64,000 nucleotides of DNA from Candidatus Latescibacterota bacterium. Lineage in GTDB: Bacteria; Latescibacterota; UBA2968; GCA-2709665. The stretch is taken from NCBI GenBank assembly GCA_965219455.1, contig OZ244744.1:4768001-4832000 (forward strand). Direction: 5' to 3'. The notes under the pieces were generated by a model. The model was given only the letters and a program-made list of their open reading frames with translations. It made no database searches and was not told the origin of the DNA. Position 1 is the first letter of the stretch; every line of letters starts with the position of its first letter. The translations under genes and the position numbers were made by a program. Shown here piece by piece: positions 51,801-60,102 of the stretch.

Positions 51801-52960
51801 AGAATCAGAGTCGACGACGGAAGACCGCCAATACGGGCAAAGGCAATGTCTAACAGATGGCGAGTTTCGTTCGCTTTAGTTTTCCGGAATTCCATTACAT
51901 AGAAAGCGCCCACGTGCGTGTCCGCAGCCGCTCTTGAAATGGTCGATTTGCCAAGCCCGCTGCTACCAACGAGCACCGCCACACCAAAATTGTTGAGCGT
52001 TTGGGTCACCGTAGAATCGACGGCAAGGCGAGGGATCGTTCCGCCCGTGACAGGTAGCGTGGTACCATCAATAAGCCATTCTGTATCTGAAATGGAAATT
52101 GGTTTGCCGAGGGCCGACTCTCCCGTAAGCAATCCAGCCATGCGCGTGGCAGATTTCACAAGAACGTCAAGAGACCTACGCGATACTGAAATTTGGGTGG
52201 CAGCATCGATCGCGGAGTAAAGGTCAGCGCGCGTAAGAACGCGATCCTGGGGGTTCTTGGAGATACTTTTTTTAAGTACCTGAAAGGCCATAGGGTCGGC
52301 AAGCCGTCGCGCTTCTGGTGAAGGAAGATCGAATCTATCGCGAGCCACCACGACCAGCCGGGATTCCAACTCTTGGCGAAGAGTCGAGAAGTTCGGCTTA
52401 CCACAGTCCCATCGTATTCTCTTGATCAGATCGTGACGGAGATCCGTGTTATTGCGAGCCCTGGAATAGTCCCTTACGGATGCCGGAAATTTGTCGCTTT
52501 CCAGGATAGTGCGGAGGGGTTCGGGGTCTGCCCCACCGGCGACCTTTCGCCAATACTCCAATCCTGCCATTCCAGCCGGGCGATCAGCAATTGCCTGCTC
52601 TCTGCCGATCTCCGATGTCGCAAAGAAACGGAACTCAACCTGAAAATCGGGATTTCGCACGACAAGATCTACAAAACTGGCAACCGCGTTGCGGATTACT
52701 TCGCTATTCAGGGTGACCGTTCTCGATACTTCCGTGTCTTTCACCTGAACAGCTTCAAGCGCCCGTTTTGCTACGGTCGCGTAGTCTTCAGCGACTTCCA
52801 GAAATAGTCGACTATCTTCGTCGATATCGAGCCACGCAAGCGTCGCCGCCAAGACCTGATACGCATAACCTCGAAGAGAATCAAGTGCTTGGCGCGCGGT
52901 ATCGCCCTCCGGGACAATCCCGGCGGTAGTCCCCGCATTGAAAAGATCGTGGTCTTTCAA
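48860..52960 (-). CDS. Large nuclease-STAND NTPase-helical repeat protein (Avs-like)
   Basis: N-terminal A..SLRGYAYQ...E..ED...QVKD (PD-(D/E)XK, Cap4-like); GSSGLGKST; LILDD; GHPQL; long alpha-helical C-terminus. Confidence 0.75.
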   Translation of the reverse strand: MKDHDLFNAGTTAGIVPEGDTARQALDSLRGYAYQVLAATLAWLDIDEDSRLFLEVAEDYATVAKRALEAVQVKDTEVSRTVTLNSEVIRNAVASFVDLVVRNPDFQVEFRFFATSEIGREQAIADRPAGMAGLEYWRKVAGGADPEPLRTILESDKFPASVRDYSRARNNTDLRHDLIKRIRWDCGKPNFSTLRQELESRLVVVARDRFDLPSPEARRLADPMAFQVLKKSISKNPQDRVLTRADLYSAIDAATQISVSRRSLDVLVKSATRMAGLLTGESALGKPISISDTEWLIDGTTLPVTGGTIPRLAVDSTVTQTLNNFGVAVLVGSSGLGKSTISRAAADTHVGAFYVMEFRKTKANETRHLLDIAFARIGGLPSSTLILDDLDHVDDTQVTLSLARVIEASRRHNLGVIITCHRRPSSATLGRIGLNQGCVVECPYFSEKEVCSLVIKNGGNPNRWGKLAYIAGASGHPQLTHAFVIGMAARGWPAGEFRDIVNRGMSSEDIDETRDEVRRGLVSRLPEGTRNLLYRLSLTIGRFNRSMALALGEIRPTLAQTGECMDQLIGPWIEAVGQDMFRVSPLATTIGRHMLPTNIQQRIHETLATQMLRKRTIDASNADTILAHAMLGKSTHSLFAVAQGVLSSDPRTLDMLAEQLLLLRFSRADVLIYADDPLVSGSLRLAQFKLAASAGEGNEVSDIAAALFKEIGDLPQGKRKRALEAMAVITVLGTIGVANYLDNWVTLLLRCKTMEKTNAFLRNTIASSMSDATGSDFFGVLFRTGSAGLTSIERLEHIINELDKLNASERALLLTQMDGTLYDYSVFINGPWATQQSRKDFDATDATMRYQRMAETTRNWGIRSLSLQCSVAQAVILDEYQNDRDCAVALLKEAAAALGDDQILRCALANIHWRHGEDRNAFEIYRCIVDQVDGTDPAERAFLLRKAAISAAECDEWSPAEIWFLYAQSAAKLAEDDIMYVIAIGLGADSAVAALKAGNVGQALKRLAAALKALAHVDPEVTLHAKYCHLVIRQTVLWAQSRIEGSEVKIARPEIGMEAGCCSNPGPSPAIREHPLAHIDIAWYMLARAEIAAGIEAGITDKLGQLLVKDSIPLMEVELRTKIVQADIDRLDALRFSDHFISYVESAVYLSKNTGRLREPFDLLAPERGQIPALDKNGLFDTIAGQAARDAIIGYGIHSATENQPEAMRKLESCLEDRFRGPFPGKPVFDYWNDKPSLVEELDQTVVTIVKALVGSEHIIPYDFWMAGLRFFEWTNQSRFKGLLMTRVAAWQRSGWKRIIAVESFRLTRPRQTVPPIKEVLAIPDDDRRFVAKLLLATSEAADSPLGSTYRRSLKAMARDEESHAK

Positions 52961-53149
52961 TCTAATGGCGCTTTCTGATATCGCATCACCAAACTAGCTT
53001 GGATATCCCACAAATGTTAAAGTTTAGGTCTCAAGCTTCCGCATAATTTATGACCAATCGAGAACCGCCAAATCCAGTTAGAAGGTGACCCGCCGATACT
53101 GTTTATACAGGCGAGAATCTGGATACTCACGTCCTTGTACTCGTTCCCA

Positions 53150-53291
53150 TCAGTGCCTGTTGGGCCTAAAAAAGCACAGTACTTCCAGAATAGGCCTGTG
53201 GTACGGGATTCTTTGCCATTGCCAGATTGCTTCTGGCACGGTTCAACCATTCCTGCGGGTCATCGGGCGGGAAGCGCTCAGGAGGACTCAT
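53150..53291 (-). pseudogene. Degenerate HEPN gene fragment
   Basis: MSPPERFPPDDPQEWLNRARSNLAMAKN, then frameshift and decay. Confidence 0.75.
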
Positions 53292-53604
53292 ATATCACCC
53301 TCCCCTCACGCAGCGCAGGCTTGAATACCAGCATGTGACTGTCCTTGAAACGCTCCACATCCGCTGGGTTGGCCAAGATCGCATCAACCGAGGCACCAAC
53401 CCCGTGCAGCTTGCGGTAGATCCGGGCCATCAGATCGAGCGTGTCCGCACCCTCCTTGATGATGAGCAGGTCGATGTCGCTGTGGCGGGTCATGTCGCCT
53501 CGGGCGGCGGATCCGAAGAGGATAATCTTCTCCCGCTGGGCTACCTCTACAATGCGCCGGATGATGTCGTCCAACGTTTGTTGGTCAAGTCCGAGTTTCT
53601 TCAA
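53278..53604 (-). CDS. MNT copy 3
   Basis: IILFGSAARG...SDIDLLII...EGRVIYESS. Confidence 0.88.
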   Translation of the reverse strand: MKKLGLDQQTLDDIIRRIVEVAQREKIILFGSAARGDMTRHSDIDLLIIKEGADTLDLMARIYRKLHGVGASVDAILANPADVERFKDSHMLVFKPALREGRVIYESS

Positions 53605-53748
53605 GGCATGCCCATTTCTTCAGAAACCAACATTGTCTAACTTCACCGTTTGCTCCCGCCTGCTTTTCCAATCGTCTACAGCACGCAATTCAAGGGACGA
53701 TCAATTCTCGTTCCGAATACCAATCGCTTCCTCGACCGCGTTCGCTAG

Positions 53749-55632
53749 ACCTTAAACAAGCGTGACCAGTGAAATTTTTCTGGTCCAAGAGACCGGAAAG
53801 GCCTACCGTTGTTGGAGATAGATGGATTGTGCTAGAAATCATCACTCCAACGCAGGAGACCTTTCCGGTGAAAAGAATATCGGTTGATGACAGCCGCAGG
53901 AATCGTGCTCGTCGCAAACGCAAAGTGGCCGCCCGCCACGGTCGAGCGGGGCATTGGCAGGCCCAGCGCCGGCCCATGTTCAGTCCTGGCAAAGTGCACT
54001 ACGAGGTAGGCGCCTACACCGACGCGATGAGTTACGGAGGCATCGGCGCCGTGCATCGCCTGGTCACCAAGCTGGGTCTGCCCAAGCGCATCGACGCGTC
54101 ACTGTCCTTGTTGAAGGTGCATCTGCCCTATCATGAGTCGGACCACGTACTAAACATCACATACAACGTGTTATGCGGCGGCACGCGCTTGGAGGATATC
54201 GAGCGTTTGCGAAGTGACGGGGCCTACATGAATGCCCTGGGCGCCAAGTTGATTCCCGATCCGACCACGGCGGGTGACTTTTGCCGACGCTTCTCGGAAC
54301 GGGACATCGTCGAACTGATGGCGTGCATCAACGCGGTGCGATCCTCCTTGTGGGCATCGCGTGGCCGCAAATTGCTTGGTGACATCACCTATATCGATGT
54401 GGACGGCACAAACGTGCCCACGTATGGCAAGCGCAAGAGGGGTATGGACATCTCTTACCAGGGCATCTGGGGCTACCATCCGCTGGTGATCTCACTTTCC
54501 AACACGAAGGAAGTGCTCTTCCTGGTCAACCGACCGGGGAATGTGCCCAGCCACACCGGTGCGGCACAGTGGATCGACGCGGCCATCGACCTGGTGCAGC
54601 CCCACGCCAAGCGCATCTGTGTGCGTGGCGACACCGACTTTTTCTTGACTCGACATCTTGATCGCTGGGCCAAAAGCGTCGACTTCATCTTCGGGATGGA
54701 CGCCAACGCGGCGATGCGTTCCCGTGCCGAGGCCCTCGACGAGGCACAATGGCAGCCCCTGCAACGCAAACCCCGTTATCACACCGTGACCGACCAGAAG
54801 CGGAAGCGCAATCAGCCCCACGAGAAACAGCGCATCGTCCACAAGCGGGCCTACGCCAACCTGGTGCTGAACCACGAACACGTGGCCGAGTTCAACTACC
54901 AACCCACGCGCTGTAAACGTGGGTATCGCGTCGTGGTCCTGCGCAAGAACATCAGCAAAATGAAGGGCGACCTTGTCCTGTTCGACGAATGCCGTTATTT
55001 CTTCTATATCACGACACGCACGGACGTGACCCCCCAAGAGATCGTCGCCTGCGCCAACCAACGCTGCGATCAGGAGAACGTCATCGAGCAACTCAAAAAC
55101 GGCGTCAACGCCTTGCGCGTGCCCCTGTATGACCTGGTCAGCAACTGGGCCTATATGGTCATCGCCGCCCTGGCCTGGAACCTCAAATCCTGGTTTGCCA
55201 TGATGATGCACAGACACCGTGATCGACAGCAGTACGTCTGCATGGAATTCCGGCGCTTCATCCACAGCATTATCTTGATTCCCTGCCACGTCATCCAACG
55301 CGCGCGCACCACCACGTTACGGCTCATCGGCTATCAACCCACCCTCGATCGCCTCTTCAGCACCTGGCGTATCATTGAACGCACCGGATTTGGATAACAC
55401 CAATGCAGCACCACCGATGACACACAAACGCGGCGCCATCCCCACACCCCTCAACGGACCGGTGTGTCCACCACGCGTCTCAACGCCACTTCGGATACTC
55501 AATTTACCATAGCGACCACGACAAACACGGCCCTAAAAACCATCCAAAACGCCAATTCCATATAAATCGACACCAACGCCTCAACACAAACACAAATCAC
55601 TGTGGCGCACACGATACTCGCTTATTTTAGGG
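53749..55632 (+). mobile_element. IS1380-family insertion sequence with CTAG target duplication
   Basis: CTAG|ACCTTAAACAAGCG ... CGCTTATTTTAGGG|CTAG. Confidence 0.92.
53868..55397 (+). CDS. IS1380-family transposase
   Basis: YHESDH, IPDPTTAGDF, IDVDGT, RGDTDF, RCDQENVIEQLK; AGGAG RBS before GTG 53868. Confidence 0.92.
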   Translation: MKRISVDDSRRNRARRKRKVAARHGRAGHWQAQRRPMFSPGKVHYEVGAYTDAMSYGGIGAVHRLVTKLGLPKRIDASLSLLKVHLPYHESDHVLNITYNVLCGGTRLEDIERLRSDGAYMNALGAKLIPDPTTAGDFCRRFSERDIVELMACINAVRSSLWASRGRKLLGDITYIDVDGTNVPTYGKRKRGMDISYQGIWGYHPLVISLSNTKEVLFLVNRPGNVPSHTGAAQWIDAAIDLVQPHAKRICVRGDTDFFLTRHLDRWAKSVDFIFGMDANAAMRSRAEALDEAQWQPLQRKPRYHTVTDQKRKRNQPHEKQRIVHKRAYANLVLNHEHVAEFNYQPTRCKRGYRVVVLRKNISKMKGDLVLFDECRYFFYITTRTDVTPQEIVACANQRCDQENVIEQLKNGVNALRVPLYDLVSNWAYMVIAALAWNLKSWFAMMMHRHRDRQQYVCMEFRRFIHSIILIPCHVIQRARTTTLRLIGYQPTLDRLFSTWRIIERTGFG

Positions 55633-56106
55633 CTAGATGACGAGAAATCCAGCTATATCGTTTTTTGCTATTTATGCCAACTGGATCGTAACACTTCACA
55701 ATTGATGAAAGCTTCTTACCCGTGTTTCCATACTCAATGAAATCAAACGGATTCCGCCCCTTCTTAGATTTATATCCGTCTGAGTTCGTCAACCCGTGAA
55801 TGTAAATACCTACGACGCCCATGCCATCGTCCCAGGCCTTGACAATCTCGTAATTTATCCACTTGCGATTCGCTGTATTTCTTCCGACCAAAACGACCGT
55901 GCAAGTGCGGTACTCCATCTGATCCGCAATCCATCTTTTTATTGCTGTGGCACCGCCTTTCTTCACCGTTTCCCAATCGTTGTCGGTAGCGGGCTTATTC
56001 CCTTCGATACTGCCAATGTTGCGGACCTGGGCGGCCCGCCAACTGTCAGGTTTGTAATGAAAGCTGTAGAAAACTCTACGTGCCATTTCCTTAGACTCCT
56101 TTGCGA

Positions 56107-56493
56107 TTAGCCAATTACTGTCACGGCACCAACCACGAGGGCAAGCCCGAAGTAGAAGGGGACAAGTGTTGTCGAGATTGTCGCACGGAGCCAAGTTCTC
56201 TCGAAGGTGGCCGTTTCCATCGAGAAGTCGATATCCGATTCGTCCATAAGTCGGACTTGGTCGTAAAGGTCTCGAAACAGACGTTCCTGCCAAAGGAAGT
56301 AGCCGTCTAGACCCCAGAAAATCAGCACTGGGAGGAAGCCGATGTATGCAAACTCAACGCAATCTTCCTTCGCCAACAAGACGAGAAGCGCAGATATCAA
56401 GACCACGGCCCATCCCTTCATACGGAACGAGTCGGTGGCAAGACGGTTGATTACGCCTTGGATGAATTCAAGATGTCTAAGTTTAGCTTCCAT
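56107..56493 (-). CDS. Small multi-pass membrane protein directly upstream of the TIR gene (candidate effector)
   Basis: HLEFIQGVINRL...SF..KGW, about 3 hydrophobic helices, FWGLDGYFLWQER.FR.LY; GGAGG RBS. Confidence 0.8.
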   Translation of the reverse strand: MEAKLRHLEFIQGVINRLATDSFRMKGWAVVLISALLVLLAKEDCVEFAYIGFLPVLIFWGLDGYFLWQERLFRDLYDQVRLMDESDIDFSMETATFERTWLRATISTTLVPFYFGLALVVGAVTVIG

Positions 56494-58214
56494 TGGCATA
56501 GCCTCCATCAATAAGTTCATTCCATAATTCTTCACTCTTCCGCGGATTGGACCCAGAGCTTGCACCATTGAGCGATTGGCAAACCGACCATCTCCCCGGC
56601 TTACCGCTTTGTGGGATTCCCGGTTCGCATGTGCTTAATCGAACGCAACCTCCCATCAGGCGAACCAGGAAAGCGGGAAGCGCAACGTAATGCTGCCCAA
56701 GGACAATTCTGCAGATGGTGTCTGGCAAATTCCTGACGCGACTGACCGCTCCGTTAGGGTTGGTGAAATTTCAGACGGTGTCTGAAGATTAGTGCAATGG
56801 TACCAGGCCTCAAGCTCGACGGATTTGACTATCGATTACTTGATGGCTCGTTTTTCCCGCCGTAGCTCACCCTGCCTTCGCGTACTTCCATCGGCTGTTT
56901 CAGGGCATTCACGCTCAAATAGTAGTGGGCTATTTTCCTAACTTCGTGCCATGGAAACCGCGCGGGATCTTTGAATGGTCTCTGGAGTTCGGGCATACTC
57001 GCGCAGTTGGTTACGACGTAGAGCCAGAAGCAGTCGGGTCGGTCCTCGGCGACGCGGCGTTCGTTCGGCGTGAGGAGGATGCTACCCGAGTCGCCAGCGA
57101 GTCCCTTTACTTCGATCAAACGCAATTCGCCTGACTGCAGATCGAGGCTGGTTACGTCGTAACCCAGGTTTTTTTTGTGAACGTCATAGACCCTTCGCCC
57201 CTGGGCGGATTCGTGTTCCATGACCACTCGCATGGCGGTCATCTCAGTTTCGGGGTGTGGGCGCAGCCGCCGGACGTCCAGAGTCTCGTTTTCGGGGTGA
57301 GGGAGGACGAGCGCGCTGGCCAATCGTTCCACCCCTTGCAGCGTCACCGCCCGTTGTTGCTTTAGTTCCTCTCGTCTGCGTTCGCGCCGCGCAAGGACCT
57401 CACTATGCCGATTTTCGGCCTGCGCCAGGCGGCCTTCAGCGCCGATCACGTCGTTTTCCACCTCTTCGGCGGCGCGGCCGATCTCTTCATCGATCCGCTG
57501 CAGCACTTCCGTCAAAGAAAGTTCCACGTGCTCGGCAATGCGACCCACCTCGGCCAGACGCTCCGTACGCACTTCGTCAATAAACGGAAGCAGTGCGTGT
57601 TCGTTCAGCCAGGCGGTATCTTCCGGAAGCGTGGCAACGGCAGGTAATTCATCCGGCGACTGCGTGGGCGTCAGGTTTCCGAGTACATCCGGTCCACTGA
57701 GACTCTGAGAGCCGTCACTGGTTAACTCGACTGTGAACAGCCGTTCGTGAATAGTCCTACCGAGACCATCCACTACCCGCGCACGGTAGAAGTCGAAACG
57801 CGCCGGGGAGTCATGCGTGAGCGAATGGAAGCAGGCGCCGTCGGCGAAAGCGGCCTGACCCAATTCGAGACTGTGCCGGCGCAGGGCCTCGAACAGCGAA
57901 TGCCCGGGGGTCACCCACTCCAGGTTGTGTTTCTCGGCCGAATCGCGGTCGGTCGATAGCCGCGGATAGCGGCCCGCCAGTTCCGGGAGTTTCCAATCCG
58001 CGTCACGTTCGTACTTTTTCAACACGATCGGCGTCCGCCCCGGTTCATAAGTATGCGCCAGGCGGTTTACCGGTTTCAGGGTCAGACTCGCATCGCGGGC
58101 GCACTCCGTGATGAAGCGTGCAATGGTCTCGGGCACGACCCGCTGCTCTTGCGCGCGCGCCCGGCGCTCGATCAGCATGTCCAGGTTTAGCTTCCTGGAG
58201 GCCAGGCCTTCTAG

Positions 58215-60102
58215 ACCTAAAATAAGCGAGTATTGGTGTTTGGTGAACAGAATTGCAGATTTGTGCGACGTTGTGGTTGAATGACGTATGTGTGTTGTCT
58301 ATTGAGGTGCGCGGGAGGTCGTTTTGAGGTTTGTGGAGTGTAAGTTGGTGTGGTAAAGCGCAGCGTTAGGGGTGTGTTGTTGGTGTCTGGTTGTGGTGTA
58401 GGCGTATTTGTCCGTTACGTCGCCGTGGGCGTCGTGGATCCCGTGGTATGTGATGACGGTTCGTGCGGGTGTCATGTGAAGCCGGTGCGTTCGATGGTAG
58501 CCCAGGCGCTCAAGAGTCTATTCAGTGACGGCTGATAGCCGATGATGCGCACGGTGGTGCTTCGGGCGTGTCGCACGACACGACAGGGAAAAAGGATGAT
58601 GTGTGAGAGGAAGGTCCGGAAGTCCATACGGATATAGTGTCGGCGGTGTTTTTTTCGATGCATCATCAAGGCAAACCACGCCTTGATGTTCCAGGCCAGC
58701 GCGGCGATGACCATGTAGGCCCAGTTGCTGATCAAGTCATACAAGGGCACGCGCAGGGCATTGACGCCGTTCTTGAGCTGTTCGATGACGTTTTCCTGGT
58801 CGCATCGTTTGTTGGCAGCAAAGACGACCTCGGCGGGCGTCAGGTCGTCGCGCGTGGTGATGTAGAAGAAATAGCGGATTTCGTCGAAGAGGGTCTGCTC
58901 ACCTTTGGCCTTACTGATGTTTTTTCGCAGCGCCACAACGCGGTAGGGGCGTTTGCACTTGCCGGGCTGGTAGTCAAACTCGGCCACGTCTTCGAAGTTC
59001 AGCGCCAGCTTGAGGTAGCCCCGCGCCTTGACGATACGCTGCTTCTCATTGTCGCGCCGCTGCCTTTTCTGGGGCGCGTGAGGTCGGTGCAGGCGCTGCC
59101 AGTTGGCTTCGTCAAGGGCCTTGGCCCGTGTTCGTAAGGCGTCATTGCAGTCCATCCCGAAGATGAAATCGACGTCCTTTGCCCAGCGATCGAGGTGAGC
59201 CGTAAGCGAAAAGTCCGTGTCGCCGCGTAGGCACACGCGCTTGGCGTGGGGCTTCACCACCCGGATGGACGCATCGATCCAGGGGGCGGCCCCCTGGTGA
59301 GAAGACGCGTTGCCCGGACGGTTGACGATATACAGCACCTCTTTGGTATTGGCCAACGATACGATCAGGGGCGCATACCCCCACACGCCCTTGTAGGAGA
59401 TGTCCATGCCGCCCTTCTTCTCCCCATACGTTGGGGCGCTTGTGCCATCCACGTCGATGTACGCTACCGAAGAAAGCAAACTGGCGGCCCGCGTGCGCCA
59501 CAACTTAGACCGTACCGCGTTAATGCAGTCCATCAGCCCGATCACGTCAGCTTCCGTGAAGCGACGCGTAAAGTCGCCCGCAGTCGTCGGGTCCGGGATC
59601 AGCTTCGCGTTCAACGCATTCATGTAGGCCTCGTCGTGCCGCAAACGCTCGATGTCTTCCAGACGCGTGCCACCGCACATCACGTTGTAGGCAAGGTTCA
59701 ACACGTGATCCGACTCATGATACGGCAGATGAACCTTCAACAACTTCAACTTCTCGTCTATCTCTTCGACCAATCCCAATTTGGTCACCAGACGATGCAC
59801 GGCCGCAATGCCACCGCAGCTCATCGCTGCTGCTTGCGCGCTGACCTCGTAATGCACATAGGTGCTGCCAAACATCGGCTTGCCTTGTGCACAAAAACGA
59901 CCGCCAAGCTTTTGCCGAGTACGTACCTTGCGCCCACAATTAACACTGTTCCTGCGGCTTTCTTTTACCGATATTCTCTTCACCGGAAAGACCCCCTTCG
60001 TTGGTGTATCAACAGACTGTCTGATACTTCTAACTCCAACTAAGATAAGTCTTTCCGGTACTTTTGTACATAAAAATCTCAAAAAACCCGCTTAATTAGA
60101 GT
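58215..60102 (-). mobile_element. IS1380-family insertion sequence with CTAG target duplication
   Basis: CTAG|ACCTAAAATAAGCG ... CGCTTAATTAGAGT|CTAG. Confidence 0.92.
58472..59983 (-). CDS. IS1380-family transposase (paralog of 53868..55397)
   Basis: Same motifs; likely GTG start at 59983. Confidence 0.92.
   Translation of the reverse strand: MKRISVKESRRNSVNCGRKVRTRQKLGGRFCAQGKPMFGSTYVHYEVSAQAAAMSCGGIAAVHRLVTKLGLVEEIDEKLKLLKVHLPYHESDHVLNLAYNVMCGGTRLEDIERLRHDEAYMNALNAKLIPDPTTAGDFTRRFTEADVIGLMDCINAVRSKLWRTRAASLLSSVAYIDVDGTSAPTYGEKKGGMDISYKGVWGYAPLIVSLANTKEVLYIVNRPGNASSHQGAAPWIDASIRVVKPHAKRVCLRGDTDFSLTAHLDRWAKDVDFIFGMDCNDALRTRAKALDEANWQRLHRPHAPQKRQRRDNEKQRIVKARGYLKLALNFEDVAEFDYQPGKCKRPYRVVALRKNISKAKGEQTLFDEIRYFFYITTRDDLTPAEVVFAANKRCDQENVIEQLKNGVNALRVPLYDLISNWAYMVIAALAWNIKAWFALMMHRKKHRRHYIRMDFRTFLSHIILFPCRVVRHARSTTVRIIGYQPSLNRLLSAWATIERTGFT

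Larger units (their letters stand above)
53701..56086 (-). pseudogene. TIR-domain protein (ThsB/DUF1863-like) split near its 3' end by IS1380 (parts 55633..56086 and 53701..53748)
   Basis: MARRVFYSFHY...DNDWE...WINYEI...G...IH; removing the IS gives ...WISRHLANAVEEAIGIRNEN*. Confidence 0.88.

Noticed and set aside
53749-60102. Composite transposon formed by the two IS1380 copies
   Set aside because: Each IS has its own duplication and interrupts a different gene that continues outside the pair, so they are independent insertions.
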